Shown: one piece after another, positions 1-8,914 of the stretch
Numbering within the stretch: the stretch's first letter is position 1
How the letters are laid out: every line of letters begins with the position of its first letter
Origin: an uncultured delta proteobacterium
Lineage (GTDB): Bacteria; Myxococcota; Myxococcia; Myxococcales; Anaeromyxobacteraceae
Reading direction: 5' to 3'
DNA length: 64,000 bases
Assembly: GCA_963845515.1 (NCBI GenBank)
Contig: CAWJSR010000020.1
Coordinates: forward strand, 103,065-167,064
Program-made: the position numbers and the translations under genes
Notes under the pieces: model-generated
The model's input: the letters and a program-made list of their open reading frames with translations, nothing else
Database searches by the model: none
What the model was told of the DNA's origin: nothing

Positions 1-2
1 AC

Positions 3-677
3 TTCATCGCGTTCGTGGGGCCGAACGGTGGCGGCAAGACGACGCTCCTCCACACGCTGCTCGGGATGCTCGCGCCGGTCGCCGGTCGCCGCCTCTCGGC
101 GCGTCCGGTCCGGATCGGGTACGTCCCGCAGCGCGACCTGCTCGACGCGATCTGGCCGCTGTCGGCCTTCGACGTCGCGCTGATGGGACGGGCTGCGCAC
201 CTGCCGCTCGGGCGCCGGCCGGGCGCGGAGGACCGGGAGGTCGTCCTCCACGCACTGGAGCGGGTCGGGATGCACGACGTGGCGCGGCGTCGATACGGCG
301 ATCTCTCCGGAGGTCAGCGGCAGCGGGTGCTGATCGCCAGGGCGCTGGCGGGGAACCCGGAGCTGCTGGCGCTGGACGAGCCGACCAACGGCATGGACCC
401 GGCGGCGGAGCTCTCGACCATGGAGGTGATCGAGGCGCTCCACGGCGCGAACGGGCTCGCCGTCGTGCTCGTGTCCCACCGGCTCGAGTCGGTGGCGGCG
501 CACGCGCGCACGCTCGCCTTCGTGGACAAGGACCGCGGCCTCTTCCGCGTGGGGCCGGTCGAGCGGATGCTCCTGCCGGACGAGCTCGCCGAGCTCTTCG
601 GCCGGCCGGTGACGCTCGGGCCGGTCGCGGCCGCCCGGGTCGTGCAGGGCGGGCCCGTCGCAGGAGGTGCTCCGTGA
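3..677 (+). CDS. Metal (Zn/Mn) ABC transporter ATP-binding protein, 5'-truncated by the window edge
   Basis: Walker A GPNGGGKT, signature LSGGQRQR, Walker B LALDEP, and IGYVPQ typical of ZnuC/MntA; the frame is open to the window start. Confidence 0.9.
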   Translation, partial: FIAFVGPNGGGKTTLLHTLLGMLAPVAGRRLSARPVRIGYVPQRDLLDAIWPLSAFDVALMGRAAHLPLGRRPGAEDREVVLHALERVGMHDVARRRYGDLSGGQRQRVLIARALAGNPELLALDEPTNGMDPAAELSTMEVIEALHGANGLAVVLVSHRLESVAAHARTLAFVDKDRGLFRVGPVERMLLPDELAELFGRPVTLGPVAAARVVQGGPVAGGAP

Positions 678-1543
678 GCGCGCTGGAGCTGTTCCTGGCG
701 GCGCGCGAGATCTGGCAGGTGCCGCTGGCCGCCTCGGTGGTGGCGGGGGCGCTGCTCGGGGCGCTCGGCGTCTACGTGGTGCTCCGCCGGACGGTCTTCG
801 TCTCCGCCGCGCTGACGCAGCTCTCGACGCTCGGCATGGTGGTGGCGCTCCTCGTGGAGGAGCGGCTGCACATCGAGACCGAGCACGCGAGCGAGCAGCT
901 GGCGGTGGCGATCGCCTTCTCGGTCGTCGGCGCGCTGGTCCTGGGCGCGTGGCGCTCCCGCCGGCTCCCGGCCGAGGCGTCGGTCGGCGCCGGCTGGGTG
1001 GTGGCGAGCGCGCTCGTGGTCCTCGGGACGAGCCGCCTCGTCCACGCCGCGCACGATCTCTCGGGGATGGTCTTCGGCAACGCGGTCGCGGTGACCGGCG
1101 CGGAGCTCGCCGTGCTCGCGGTGGTCTTCGTCCTCGTGGCCGTGGTCCACCTGCTCTTCGAGAAGGAGCTGGTCTTCTCGTCGTTCGATCCGCAGACGGC
1201 GCGGGCGCTGGGCGTCCGCGTCGGGCTCTGGGACACCGTCCTCTTCGCGAGCGTGGGCCTCGCCATCCCGCCGGCAGCCCGGGCCCTGGGTGCCCTCCCG
1301 GTCTTCGCGCTCCTGACCCTCCCGGCGGCCGGAGCGCTGCTGGCAGGGACGCGGCTGCGCGGCTCGTTCGCCCTCGCGGGGGCGGCGGGAGTGCTCGCCG
1401 CCGGCGGCGGCTACCTGGTCTCCTGGTTCGCCGAGACCCCGACCGGCGCGACGATGGTGGTGGTCGCGGCCGTCCTCGCCGCTCCCCGGACTCGTGCTGC
1501 GAGCGCTGCGGCGCTGACCTTTCCGCGGGGGCGCAGAGAATAG
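674..1543 (+). CDS. Metal ABC transporter permease (ZnuB/ABC-3 type); true stop probably 1517
   Basis: Hydrophobic; GALGVYVVLRR and SFDPQTARALGV motifs; GTGA overlap with the ATPase gene. A shift near 1480 gives a more plausible end (PGLVLRALRR*, TGA 1515-1517). Confidence 0.88.
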   Translation: MSALELFLAAREIWQVPLAASVVAGALLGALGVYVVLRRTVFVSAALTQLSTLGMVVALLVEERLHIETEHASEQLAVAIAFSVVGALVLGAWRSRRLPAEASVGAGWVVASALVVLGTSRLVHAAHDLSGMVFGNAVAVTGAELAVLAVVFVLVAVVHLLFEKELVFSSFDPQTARALGVRVGLWDTVLFASVGLAIPPAARALGALPVFALLTLPAAGALLAGTRLRGSFALAGAAGVLAAGGGYLVSWFAETPTGATMVVVAAVLAAPRTRAASAAALTFPRGRRE

Positions 1544-1554
1544 GCGAAAGGGGC

Positions 1555-1583
1555 TTGACCGCCGGGGGCGATGCCAGTAGAAA
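1555..1583 (+). promoter_or_regulatory. Putative sigma70 promoter of the tRNA
   Basis: TTGACC (1555-1560), 17 bp, TAGAAA (1578-1583), 29 bp before the tRNA; the -10 is imperfect. Confidence 0.45.
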
Positions 1584-1612
1584 CGCCCTCCACTTCAAGC
1601 ATTTCAACTTGC

Positions 1613-1667
<55 letters not shown>

Positions 1668-1689
<22 letters not shown>

Positions 1690-2699
1690 TCTAGTAGCGT
1701 ACCGAACCGGCCGCCCTCAACCAGGGCGGCCGGTTCCATTTTGAGCGTCGTCTCCAGCATGTACACGGGGCCGTCCTCCGTCTCCTTCGGAGTGAGCGTG
1801 ATCCGCCCGAGGCGAGCCGCGAGGGCGCGCTGAGCTTCTCCGGCGAGGCTCGCACCGCTGCCTCGACCTCCTCGAACAGCGCCCGGAGCCGGGCCGCCGA
1901 CGGCAGGGGTACCTTCGAGGCGGCCACCGGCGTCTGCATCCCCTCCGGCGCTCCTTGAGCGCCTTGAGTCGGGCCTCGACCTCGGTGAGCCGCCTTAGCA
2001 GCGCTTCGGACTTGCCGGCGTCCACGAGGGCGTCCATCAACTTCTCGACCGCGGCGGACTCCCGCTTGATGTCGGCCTCGACCGCGGTAATCTCTGCCGG
2101 GGGCACGGCGACGGCCCGGGCCCGCTCCGAGAGCAGCCGCCGGAAGGTGGCTGCGAACCGCTGGAACGCCCCCCGGTGCTCCAACAAGCCGAGGGCGGAG
2201 GAGAGCAGGCTGGAGACGCCTCCCAGCGTCTTGCCCTCCGCGATGCCCGCGCCGTCGGCCGCGCCCCCCGGACTCCCTGCCGGTCGATGACCCGCACCAG
2301 CCAGTACTTGCCGAGCGCGTCGCGGGGCTCGCTCGACTGGACGAAGGCGCGGGCGTCCGCCGCGGCGCGCTCCGCCGTCTCCGCTGGGTTGGCGAGGGCG
2401 AGGAGGGAGGAGGGGAGGCCGACCGCCCCTCCGGGCTCATCGTCCGCCAGTCCTCGCGAGATGGCGCGGGCTGGCGCAGCCGCCGCGCGGTGAAGCTGCT
2501 TCGCGGCGCGGTGCGAGGGCGGGCGCGACCGACGAGCACGCCTTCGACGACTCCGGCCGCGACGCGGTTCAGGGAGGGCTAGCTCCGGAACGATGCTCCG
2601 GTGGGTCCCCTGGAGGGCCCGCCAGCTGCGGGTGCCGAACCGCTCCACCGCTTCGCGCTCCGCCGCCTCGACCGACCGCCACGCCATTCGCTTCGCCAT
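1668..2699 (-). pseudogene. Frameshifted remnant ending in a large-serine-recombinase-like coiled-coil/C-terminal tail; catalytic and zinc-ribbon parts absent
   Basis: Pieced frames read EITAVEADIKRESAAVEKLMDALVDAGKSEALLRRLTEVEARLKALK...AQRALAARLGRITLTPKETEDGPVYMLE...DGCGARI*, with the stop inside the antisense tRNA; no YxRxS motif or CxxC seen. Confidence 0.65.
1704..1742 (+). terminator. Intrinsic terminator downstream of the tRNA (island-supplied)
   Basis: Perfect 14-bp stem GAACCGGCCGCCCT-caacc-AGGGCGGCCGGTTC followed by CATTTT. Confidence 0.75.
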
Positions 2700-2780
2700 C
2701 GCGCCGCCCCTCTTGCCCTCGACCGTACCGCTCCGACTTGCGAGCGCTGGGCTGTACACTCGGAGGAGAGAGGCGGAGCC

Positions 2781-3680
2781 ATGACGCAGACGACATCGGA
2801 CCCCCGGAAGAATCCAGCGTTCGCGCTGGCCGCTGGACTGTTTCACGCGAACAGGTTCGTGACGAAGTTCATTCGTGAAGACGTCCGCCGATGGATGCCC
2901 GCCGAGGACGTGAAGGATGATGCGGGCGCCGCGATGTACGGCCAGCTCCTGCGCGTGGACGCATGGCTGCGAACCCTCTCCAAGCTGGACGATCCAGCTG
3001 ACTTTCAGGCGGTGGCGGCCGCTTGTCGCGGGATGCTGGAAACCACTATCGACATGGCGTTGTTGCTGCGGAAGCCGGAGGACTTTCAGAAGGTCCTCGA
3101 CTGGGAAGCGTCGGCAAAGCTGAAGCACGCCCAGTGCATGGCCCGCTACTTTGACGGCGAGGGCGTTGCGCCGCCCGAGTCTCATGAGGTCCACATCGTA
3201 GGGTGGGCAAGGAGCAATGCTGCGAGAGTTGAGGCTCTAAGAATCAAGAATGGATGGGTGGAGCGGCAGAAGCGGGTCATTGAAGGTTCCCAGGACCCCC
3301 GCGCGGATTCGGCGGAGAAGGGTCGCCATCCGGACCGTTGGACGGGTCGGAACCTCGGGGAGGACGCGCGCGAAGCCGACAAGGTCGGTCTGTCCTTTGC
3401 CTTCGCGCGCTTCTACGAAACCGAATATCGGCAGCTCTGCTGGTCGGTCCATGGGTCGGCCTTCGCGATGCGCGACGTGGGCCCCGAGGGCTTCGCAGGG
3501 CTCGCCGGGCTACTCTTCCCGCGCTGCTCTGACCTCGGAATGACGGCGGCGGAGATTCTGCTCCGCTACTTCAAGCGATGGGGCGACGAGCAAGCCCATG
3601 CCTTCACTGAGGTGCGGCACCAGCGGACGGTCGTGACGGCCGTTGTTCATGCCTCGCACCTTGGCGAGACGCTGCCCTAG
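2781..3680 (+). CDS. Hypothetical protein, DUF5677/HEPN-like helical protein
   Basis: ATG 2781 after a purine-rich RBS; motifs ACRGMLETTIDMALL and YRQLCWSVHGS resemble the R..lE and Y...s..vH motifs of DUF5677-like proteins. Confidence 0.6.
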   Translation: MTQTTSDPRKNPAFALAAGLFHANRFVTKFIREDVRRWMPAEDVKDDAGAAMYGQLLRVDAWLRTLSKLDDPADFQAVAAACRGMLETTIDMALLLRKPEDFQKVLDWEASAKLKHAQCMARYFDGEGVAPPESHEVHIVGWARSNAARVEALRIKNGWVERQKRVIEGSQDPRADSAEKGRHPDRWTGRNLGEDAREADKVGLSFAFARFYETEYRQLCWSVHGSAFAMRDVGPEGFAGLAGLLFPRCSDLGMTAAEILLRYFKRWGDEQAHAFTEVRHQRTVVTAVVHASHLGETLP

Positions 3681-3891
3681 CCGCTCGCCGCAGCGCCCCG
3701 CCGCCTGCCCCGCGTGTCGGCCGTTCCCGAGGCTCCGGGAACCGGGGAGGGCGCACGGCCACGCGAGCACGGCACCGAGGGCCCTTCTCGGGGCAGCTCG
3801 CGGGCGCCGGAGGGCTACCCCGAACCCCGGACGCACCGCGCCCCCGGCCGCTGGGCGGCTCGGGGGCGCGGGGAGGGGCGGCGGGCGCGGT

Positions 3892-4377
3892 CTAGCCGAT
3901 GCGGATGAGCCCCCTCCGGACATCGTTCTGGAGGTAGCCGCGATCGAGGTCGGCCGCGGCCACCCGCTCGCGCCACTCCCCTACCGTCTTGCACTTGAGG
4001 TAGAGGTCCCGGACCTTCCAGGCGACCGTGCCGGCGCGGGCGGGGTTCTCCTCGGGATTGAAGAGCGCCGTGAGCTTGGCGTCGGACGGGACGACGGAGC
4101 GGGGCGCGGCCTTCGACTCCTTCGTCGGCTTGGTCGAGGGCTTCGCGGCCGGAGACGCGGCAGGCGCAGCGGCCTCGGGGGCGACCGGGGCGGGAGGCGG
4201 GGTGGTCGGGGCCTTGAGTTTGTCGGCGGCCTCCCGTGCCAGCCCCTTGAAGTCCAACTTGCCGAGTGCTTCGGCCTGGGTCTTGCCGGTGGCGGAGCGC
4301 TTGGCGAGCGGGACGGCGGGCTTCGCGATCTTGCTCGGCTTAGGGGCGGACTTCTTGGCGGCAGTCTTGGTCGTCAT
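3892..4377 (-). CDS. Hypothetical protein: Lys/Ala/Pro-rich histone-H1-like N-terminus plus a small globular C-terminal domain
   Basis: MTTKTAAKKSAPKPSKIAKP... then NPARAGTVAWKVRDLYLKCKTVGEWRERVAAADLDRGYLQNDVRRGLIRIG. Confidence 0.65.
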   Translation of the reverse strand: MTTKTAAKKSAPKPSKIAKPAVPLAKRSATGKTQAEALGKLDFKGLAREAADKLKAPTTPPPAPVAPEAAAPAASPAAKPSTKPTKESKAAPRSVVPSDAKLTALFNPEENPARAGTVAWKVRDLYLKCKTVGEWRERVAAADLDRGYLQNDVRRGLIRIG

Positions 4378-4486
4378 GTTTGGGCGTTCACGAATCATCA
4401 ACTTCGAGAAGACCCTACGGCCTGCCAGCACTGGCAGTAAAGCATCTGACAGAGGCTGTCAGTTTCGCTCCTGACATTGTGGAGCT

Positions 4487-4500
4487 GGGGGGGGGGGGGG
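4487..4500. repeat. G14 homopolymer in a divergent intergenic region
   Basis: 14 consecutive G read directly. Confidence 0.9.
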
Positions 4501-4744
4501 TCGGCCGGGACCCGGCCGGAGGAGCGCCGTTGCGATCGCGCGGCGATCGCCCCGAGTGACCCGCGTCACTCGGCGGCCCGATTGCGCGACGATTGGCCGC
4601 GGCAGATAGGTCCAGAATTGCAGGGTATCGACCCGGCTCCGTCAGACTCTACTGCTATCCACATGGTGCGAACGCAATGAGGTACTTCGCTGCATAGGGC
4701 AGCGGGGCCGAAGGCGGAATCAAGGAACGGAGCTACATAACGAG

Positions 4745-5809
4745 ATGAGCAAACCCAACAAGTACCTTCCCATTCTGAAGTGGAAGCAGGGCGAACAAGT
4801 CGCCCTGCGAAACCTGACCTCTGACGTGAAGTCCAACATCCTCCCGCTGCTCGAAGTTGTGGGCGTATCTGCCCGCACGAGCGGCGGCCCCACCAAGCCG
4901 GTAGCGGAGCACCTGACCCATGCGGCCATCCAGATGGAGAAGTGCTGGGGCACATCAGCGCCCCTCCTGCTCGACACGCACTTGCTTTCGCCAGAGGTCA
5001 GAATCGATGGTCGGAGCGCGCTCGTCTACACGCTCGGAGAGGCGCATGCGCGCAATATCCCGGCCGTCCCGGTGGTTTCGACGACCTGCGGCGCGGCGGA
5101 GCTTCGAGCGCTGGCGGGTTCCGCAGCCACGGTTGGAGCGGCTATCCGGGAGCCGCTCAAGAACGTCGTCAGGGCATCGTTCCCGGAGGCATTGGCAAGG
5201 ACCCTGCGCGCGCTCAAGGTCTGTCCAAGCCAAGTGGACTTCGTGCTCGACGTGGGCGAGGTCAACGAAGGCAACCGGGAGGTGCAGGCGATCGCGGTAG
5301 AGCAGGCGCTCGCTCGGCTTCCATCGGGAGACTGGCGCTCGCTGACGGTGGCTTCCGCCGCGTTCCCGGTCAACCTGGCGGGGATGCGCCCCGGCCTGCA
5401 CGCCCTCGCTCGGGCCGACTTCCAGCTCTGGGAAAGTGTCTCGGGGCTGCCGCAGCATCCGAGCTTCGGGGACTACGCCATCGCGCATCCGGAGATGCCG
5501 GACCTCGACATGAGCAAGGTGAAGGTGTCCGCCAGCATCCGCTACACGACGCCCGACGCCTTCGTGGTCGCGCGTGGCCGGGTCGTCACGGACGACCGAC
5601 ACGGCGGGTACGGACAGTTCAACACGCTGGCTGGCGACCTCGTGAACCACGCCGCGTTCGCGGGCGCGTCGTTCAGTTGGGGCGACGGCTACATCGCCAC
5701 GTGCGCCGGAGGCGGGAAGACGGGGAGCCTGACGACGTGGCGTCAGGTCGGGACGAACCACCACATCACGATGGTCGTCAGGCAGCTCGCCAGTCGGTCC
5801 GGGACTTAA
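4745..5809 (+). CDS. Beta family protein (P4 beta / sce7725-like)
   Basis: YLPILKWKQGEQVAL N-terminus, PSFGDYAIAHP, ASIRYTT, FSWGD, WRQVGTNHHITMV are characteristic of the Beta_protein family. Confidence 0.85.
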   Translation: MSKPNKYLPILKWKQGEQVALRNLTSDVKSNILPLLEVVGVSARTSGGPTKPVAEHLTHAAIQMEKCWGTSAPLLLDTHLLSPEVRIDGRSALVYTLGEAHARNIPAVPVVSTTCGAAELRALAGSAATVGAAIREPLKNVVRASFPEALARTLRALKVCPSQVDFVLDVGEVNEGNREVQAIAVEQALARLPSGDWRSLTVASAAFPVNLAGMRPGLHALARADFQLWESVSGLPQHPSFGDYAIAHPEMPDLDMSKVKVSASIRYTTPDAFVVARGRVVTDDRHGGYGQFNTLAGDLVNHAAFAGASFSWGDGYIATCAGGGKTGSLTTWRQVGTNHHITMVVRQLASRSGT

Positions 5810-6347
5810 GCGCGTCCCGGACGCAGCGGCGAAGCTCGACAGGCGCGAGCGTCGCCACCAGCGCGCGGTAGAGTTCGCGCCGGGGCTTCGACACGAGGCC
5901 CCGCGCGCGACCTCGCGCCTGTAGGAGCGCGAGCGCCTCGTCACGCCAGAGGAGGGCCGCGACGGCTTCGAGGTCGAGGCCAGGGTTGGCGCGCTCACGG
6001 CGGGCGGGTCGGAAGTGGACTTGGCCGTTGACGGCTTCGTGCGCGACGTACACGCCCCACCAGTCGGGCACGAGCCGCTGCGCGGCGGAGGCATGGCGCG
6101 AGCCGACAACCAGCGTCACGCGGTCTAGCACCCGACCGTACCCCGTGACCTGTGCGGGGAGCCGCTCCAGAGTGTCGGCGTCGCTCTTGATCTCGTAGCC
6201 GTGGAGGCGCCCGTTGACGACGGCGATGTCCACGCGGACGACGCCACGCTCCAGCCCAAGTTCATCGATGACGAGCGTGTCGGGATCCCGTACGTGGCGG
6301 GCGAGCACGGTAGCGCGAAGCGCGGAGCGAATGTCCATGTCACGCAT
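5778..6347 (-). CDS. sce7726 family protein (PD-(D/E)xK nuclease-like)
   Basis: DIRSAL...VIDELGL...RVDIAVVNGRLHGYEIKSDADTLERLPAQ...VPDWWGV...LLWRDEAL; 3' end overlaps the beta gene by 32 bp. Confidence 0.88.
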   Translation of the reverse strand: MRDMDIRSALRATVLARHVRDPDTLVIDELGLERGVVRVDIAVVNGRLHGYEIKSDADTLERLPAQVTGYGRVLDRVTLVVGSRHASAAQRLVPDWWGVYVAHEAVNGQVHFRPARRERANPGLDLEAVAALLWRDEALALLQARGRARGLVSKPRRELYRALVATLAPVELRRCVRDALKSRTDWRAA

Positions 6348-6416
6348 CGACAGGATCCTAGCCCAAGCGGAAAGCGTGTCGAATAGCTGATGCCCGACCC
6401 TTCGGGGAGCCCCGGA

Positions 6417-7028
6417 TCATGGCATTCGCTCGGCCATCTTCCTCAGTCGATTTCGGAAGATGGTTGCCGCCGACAGACTCCCGCCCAGTCCGGAAACCGC
6501 TCCTGTGACGGTAAGGAGCACGGTCATGAAGTCGCCTCCCTTGGGCTTGTCGACCTTCTCCTTTCCGTTCAAGCCGCGTGCGCGAACGGAGACGTCGGGG
6601 CGTGAGGGCAATGGGAAGAGGACGCCAGTGGCCAAGATTGAGACGCTGAGGGAATCGCCGGGGTTCATCATTGGCATGCTGATGCGCAAGACATCTCCGT
6701 CGGCCTTGGCGTCGTATCGAAGGGAGCCAGGTGCGATGACCTTGAACCTGTCCACAGCCGAAGTGGGAACACGAATGACGGCCAGCACCTCGTCAACCTC
6801 GCGCTGACCCTCGTTTGCGATGGTCGCCTGATAGATACCCAGGACTTTGTCGGGGGCCGTGAAGGGCACCGACTCAACAACGGAGTAGACCAGGTCCGGC
6901 TCGCGAGACAGGAATCGTGTTGCCACGACCGTTCCCAGGGCCGTTACCGCGATCCCAACGAAGGCGGACACGGCGATCTTGGCCCAGCCGACCCTTCCGG
7001 CGCTTGAGTCGACGGTGACATCATCCAT
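6417..7028 (-). CDS. Hypothetical membrane protein (N- and C-terminal hydrophobic helices around a beta-rich domain)
   Basis: TM-like IAVSAFVGIAVTALGTVVA and FMTVLLTVTGAVSGLGG; central IANEG...MMNPGDSLSVSIL looks Ig-like; AT-richer codon use. Confidence 0.65.
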   Translation of the reverse strand: MDDVTVDSSAGRVGWAKIAVSAFVGIAVTALGTVVATRFLSREPDLVYSVVESVPFTAPDKVLGIYQATIANEGQREVDEVLAVIRVPTSAVDRFKVIAPGSLRYDAKADGDVLRISMPMMNPGDSLSVSILATGVLFPLPSRPDVSVRARGLNGKEKVDKPKGGDFMTVLLTVTGAVSGLGGSLSAATIFRNRLRKMAERMP

Positions 7029-7118
7029 GGTCTTCGCCCCCTTGCCCGCCTTTGGCTCGTCACCCGCGGGCTCGGGATGTTACCAAGGGCGGCTGGAGGG
7101 GGCACCGATTCCTTTGGC

Positions 7119-7361
7119 TCACGGCTGCGCGGGCAGCCGCACAGCGGCCTCGACCTCCGCTGCGTGGTCGTCGGCCCAGCGAAGCGCCGCGAGCGCTCGC
7201 GTCCAGGCGAGCCGCGCCGCGTCCTCAGGCGCGACCTTTAGGGGAGCGGCAGCTAGCCCAGCGGCCACGAACCGCTCCAGCGTCGCGCGCCGGTCGCCCC
7301 CAATGTCGTTGATGGCGTCGGCTATCTGGAACAGGGCGTCTTGAAGGTCGAGGGCGGGCAT
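7119..7361 (-). CDS. Small hypothetical protein (80 aa)
   Basis: MPALDLQDALFQIADAINDIGGD..., starts 4 bp after the stop of the terminase remnant. Confidence 0.5.
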   Translation of the reverse strand: MPALDLQDALFQIADAINDIGGDRRATLERFVAAGLAAAPLKVAPEDAARLAWTRALAALRWADDHAAEVEAAVRLPAQP

Positions 7362-7365
7362 GGGG

Positions 7366-7640
7366 TCACCTGAACTCGTCGTCTCTGAATTCGTCGTCGG
7401 GGTTGGACCGGGGGTCGGCGGACGCGGAGACGTTGGAGCGGTCGGAGGGGGTGAGCCCGAAGCGGCCGAGCAGGTTGAGCACCTGGCGGTCGGCCGCGCG
7501 GAGCAGGGCGACCTCGGGACGCGGGCGGTCATGCGGCTGCCGTTCTCGCTCACCGTCTGGTACGTGGAGCCGTCCCAAGGCCCCGCGAACCCTTGGGAGT
7601 TCGGCGCGCAGCAAGAGCACGAGGCCCGTACGCTCTAGGC
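7366..7640 (-). pseudogene. Phage terminase small subunit (P27-type) C-terminal remnant
   Basis: Pieced frames DGSTYQTVSENGSRMT-RPRPEVALLRAADRQVLNLLGRFGLTPSDRSNV match the P27-type hP....fGLTP..R motif; no 5' half before the att repeat. Confidence 0.7.
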
Positions 7641-7650
7641 GACGGATTCC

Positions 7651-7663
7651 GGCCCCGCAACCA
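7651..7663 (+). repeat. att direct repeat: copy of the last 13 nt of tRNA-fMet
   Basis: GGCCCCGCAACCA identical to 1677-1689. Confidence 0.85.
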
Positions 7664-7666
7664 CTC

Positions 7667-7708
7667 GAGGCCCCCGATCGCGAACAGCGGTCGGGGGTTT
7701 CGTGTTTT
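7667..7708 (+). terminator. Intrinsic terminator, probably the original tRNA terminator displaced by the island
   Basis: GAGGCCCCCGATCGC-gaaca-GCGGTCGGGGGTTTC then GTGTTTT, directly after the att copy. Confidence 0.75.
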
Positions 7709-7798
7709 CGGGGCCCGGCCCCCGGCCCCGTTCGGCGTATCCTCGTTCCCGTCACCAGCGGCAAGCGTGCGTGATGCCAGCCCAATGAGGGAGGCCGA

Positions 7799-8821
7799 GT
7801 GAGCGCGGCACGAAAGCGGAGCGAAGGCGGACTGGTGCTGGCGCTCGGCGGGGGAGGCGCGGCCGGCTTGGCGCACGTCGGCGTCCTCCAGGTCCTGGCT
7901 GAGCACGACATCCCGGTGCGGGCGATCGCCGGGACCAGCATCGGGGCCGAGATCGGGGCCTTCTACGCCCGAGGGATGACGCTGCACGACCTGGAGGCAC
8001 TCTCGACGGCGATCGACTGGAAGCAGAGCCTGCAGCTCTTCCTTCCGGACCTGCCCACCGGCGGGCTGGTCTCCGGCGAGCGGATAGTCGACTTCCTCGC
8101 CCGGTGGCTGGGCAAGCGGCGCATCGAGGGGCTGCCCATCGGCTACGTGGCGGTGGCGGCGGATTTGATGCGCGGCGAGCAGGTGGTGCTCGACCGAGGT
8201 GACCTGGTGCTGGCGGTGCGCGCCAGCATCTCGTTGCCGGGAGTGCTCGCGCCGGTGAAGATCGGGAGGCGCTGGCTGGTGGACGGCGGCGTGGTCAACC
8301 CGGTTCCTTTCGACGTCGCGCGGGCGTGTTTCGGTGGTCCGGTGCTGGCGGTCGCGGTGCACGGCGGCGCCCGCCACGCCGCCCCCCGCAGCGGGGAGCT
8401 GCCGGTGCCGTCGCCGCAGTGGCCGCGCCACGTGCAGCAGCTGCTGCGACAGCCCTGGATGGCCCGCCTGCCGGCGCTGCGGGAGGCGCTGAAGGGGCAG
8501 GTGAGGAGCGCGCGCGCCCGCGAGCCGCGCTCGAAGCCCTACTGGGTGGCGCGGCGCGTCCTGGACCGCGTGCTCGACGTCGCGGAGAGCGAGATCGTGC
8601 GGCTGCGCGCCGAGCTGAGCCCGCCCGACCTGATGCTGATGCCCCGGGTCTCCGGGATCGGCGGGCTGGAGTTCTACAGGGCTCGCGAGGCGATGGATGC
8701 GGGGCGCCGGGCGGCGGAGGAGCGGATCGGGGAGATCGGCGCGCTGCTCGGGCGGGGGGGCGGCAAGCGAGCGGGTCGGGGGCAGTCCGGAGGCGGGCGG
8801 GCCCGCCCACGCGCGTCGTAG
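7799..8821 (+). CDS. Patatin-like phospholipase (NTE/RssA family)
   Basis: LALGGGGAAGLAHVG, GTSIG nucleophile motif, DGG motif. Confidence 0.92.
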   Translation: MSAARKRSEGGLVLALGGGGAAGLAHVGVLQVLAEHDIPVRAIAGTSIGAEIGAFYARGMTLHDLEALSTAIDWKQSLQLFLPDLPTGGLVSGERIVDFLARWLGKRRIEGLPIGYVAVAADLMRGEQVVLDRGDLVLAVRASISLPGVLAPVKIGRRWLVDGGVVNPVPFDVARACFGGPVLAVAVHGGARHAAPRSGELPVPSPQWPRHVQQLLRQPWMARLPALREALKGQVRSARAREPRSKPYWVARRVLDRVLDVAESEIVRLRAELSPPDLMLMPRVSGIGGLEFYRAREAMDAGRRAAEERIGEIGALLGRGGGKRAGRGQSGGGRARPRAS

Positions 8822-8914
8822 CGGGGAGGAGCCGCACCAATCGATGGGCTCGGCTCACGTGCTGGGGCGGCGGGTGGCCGGCGGCCCGGGGCGGCTGTAT
8901 AAGGCTCCCCCTTC

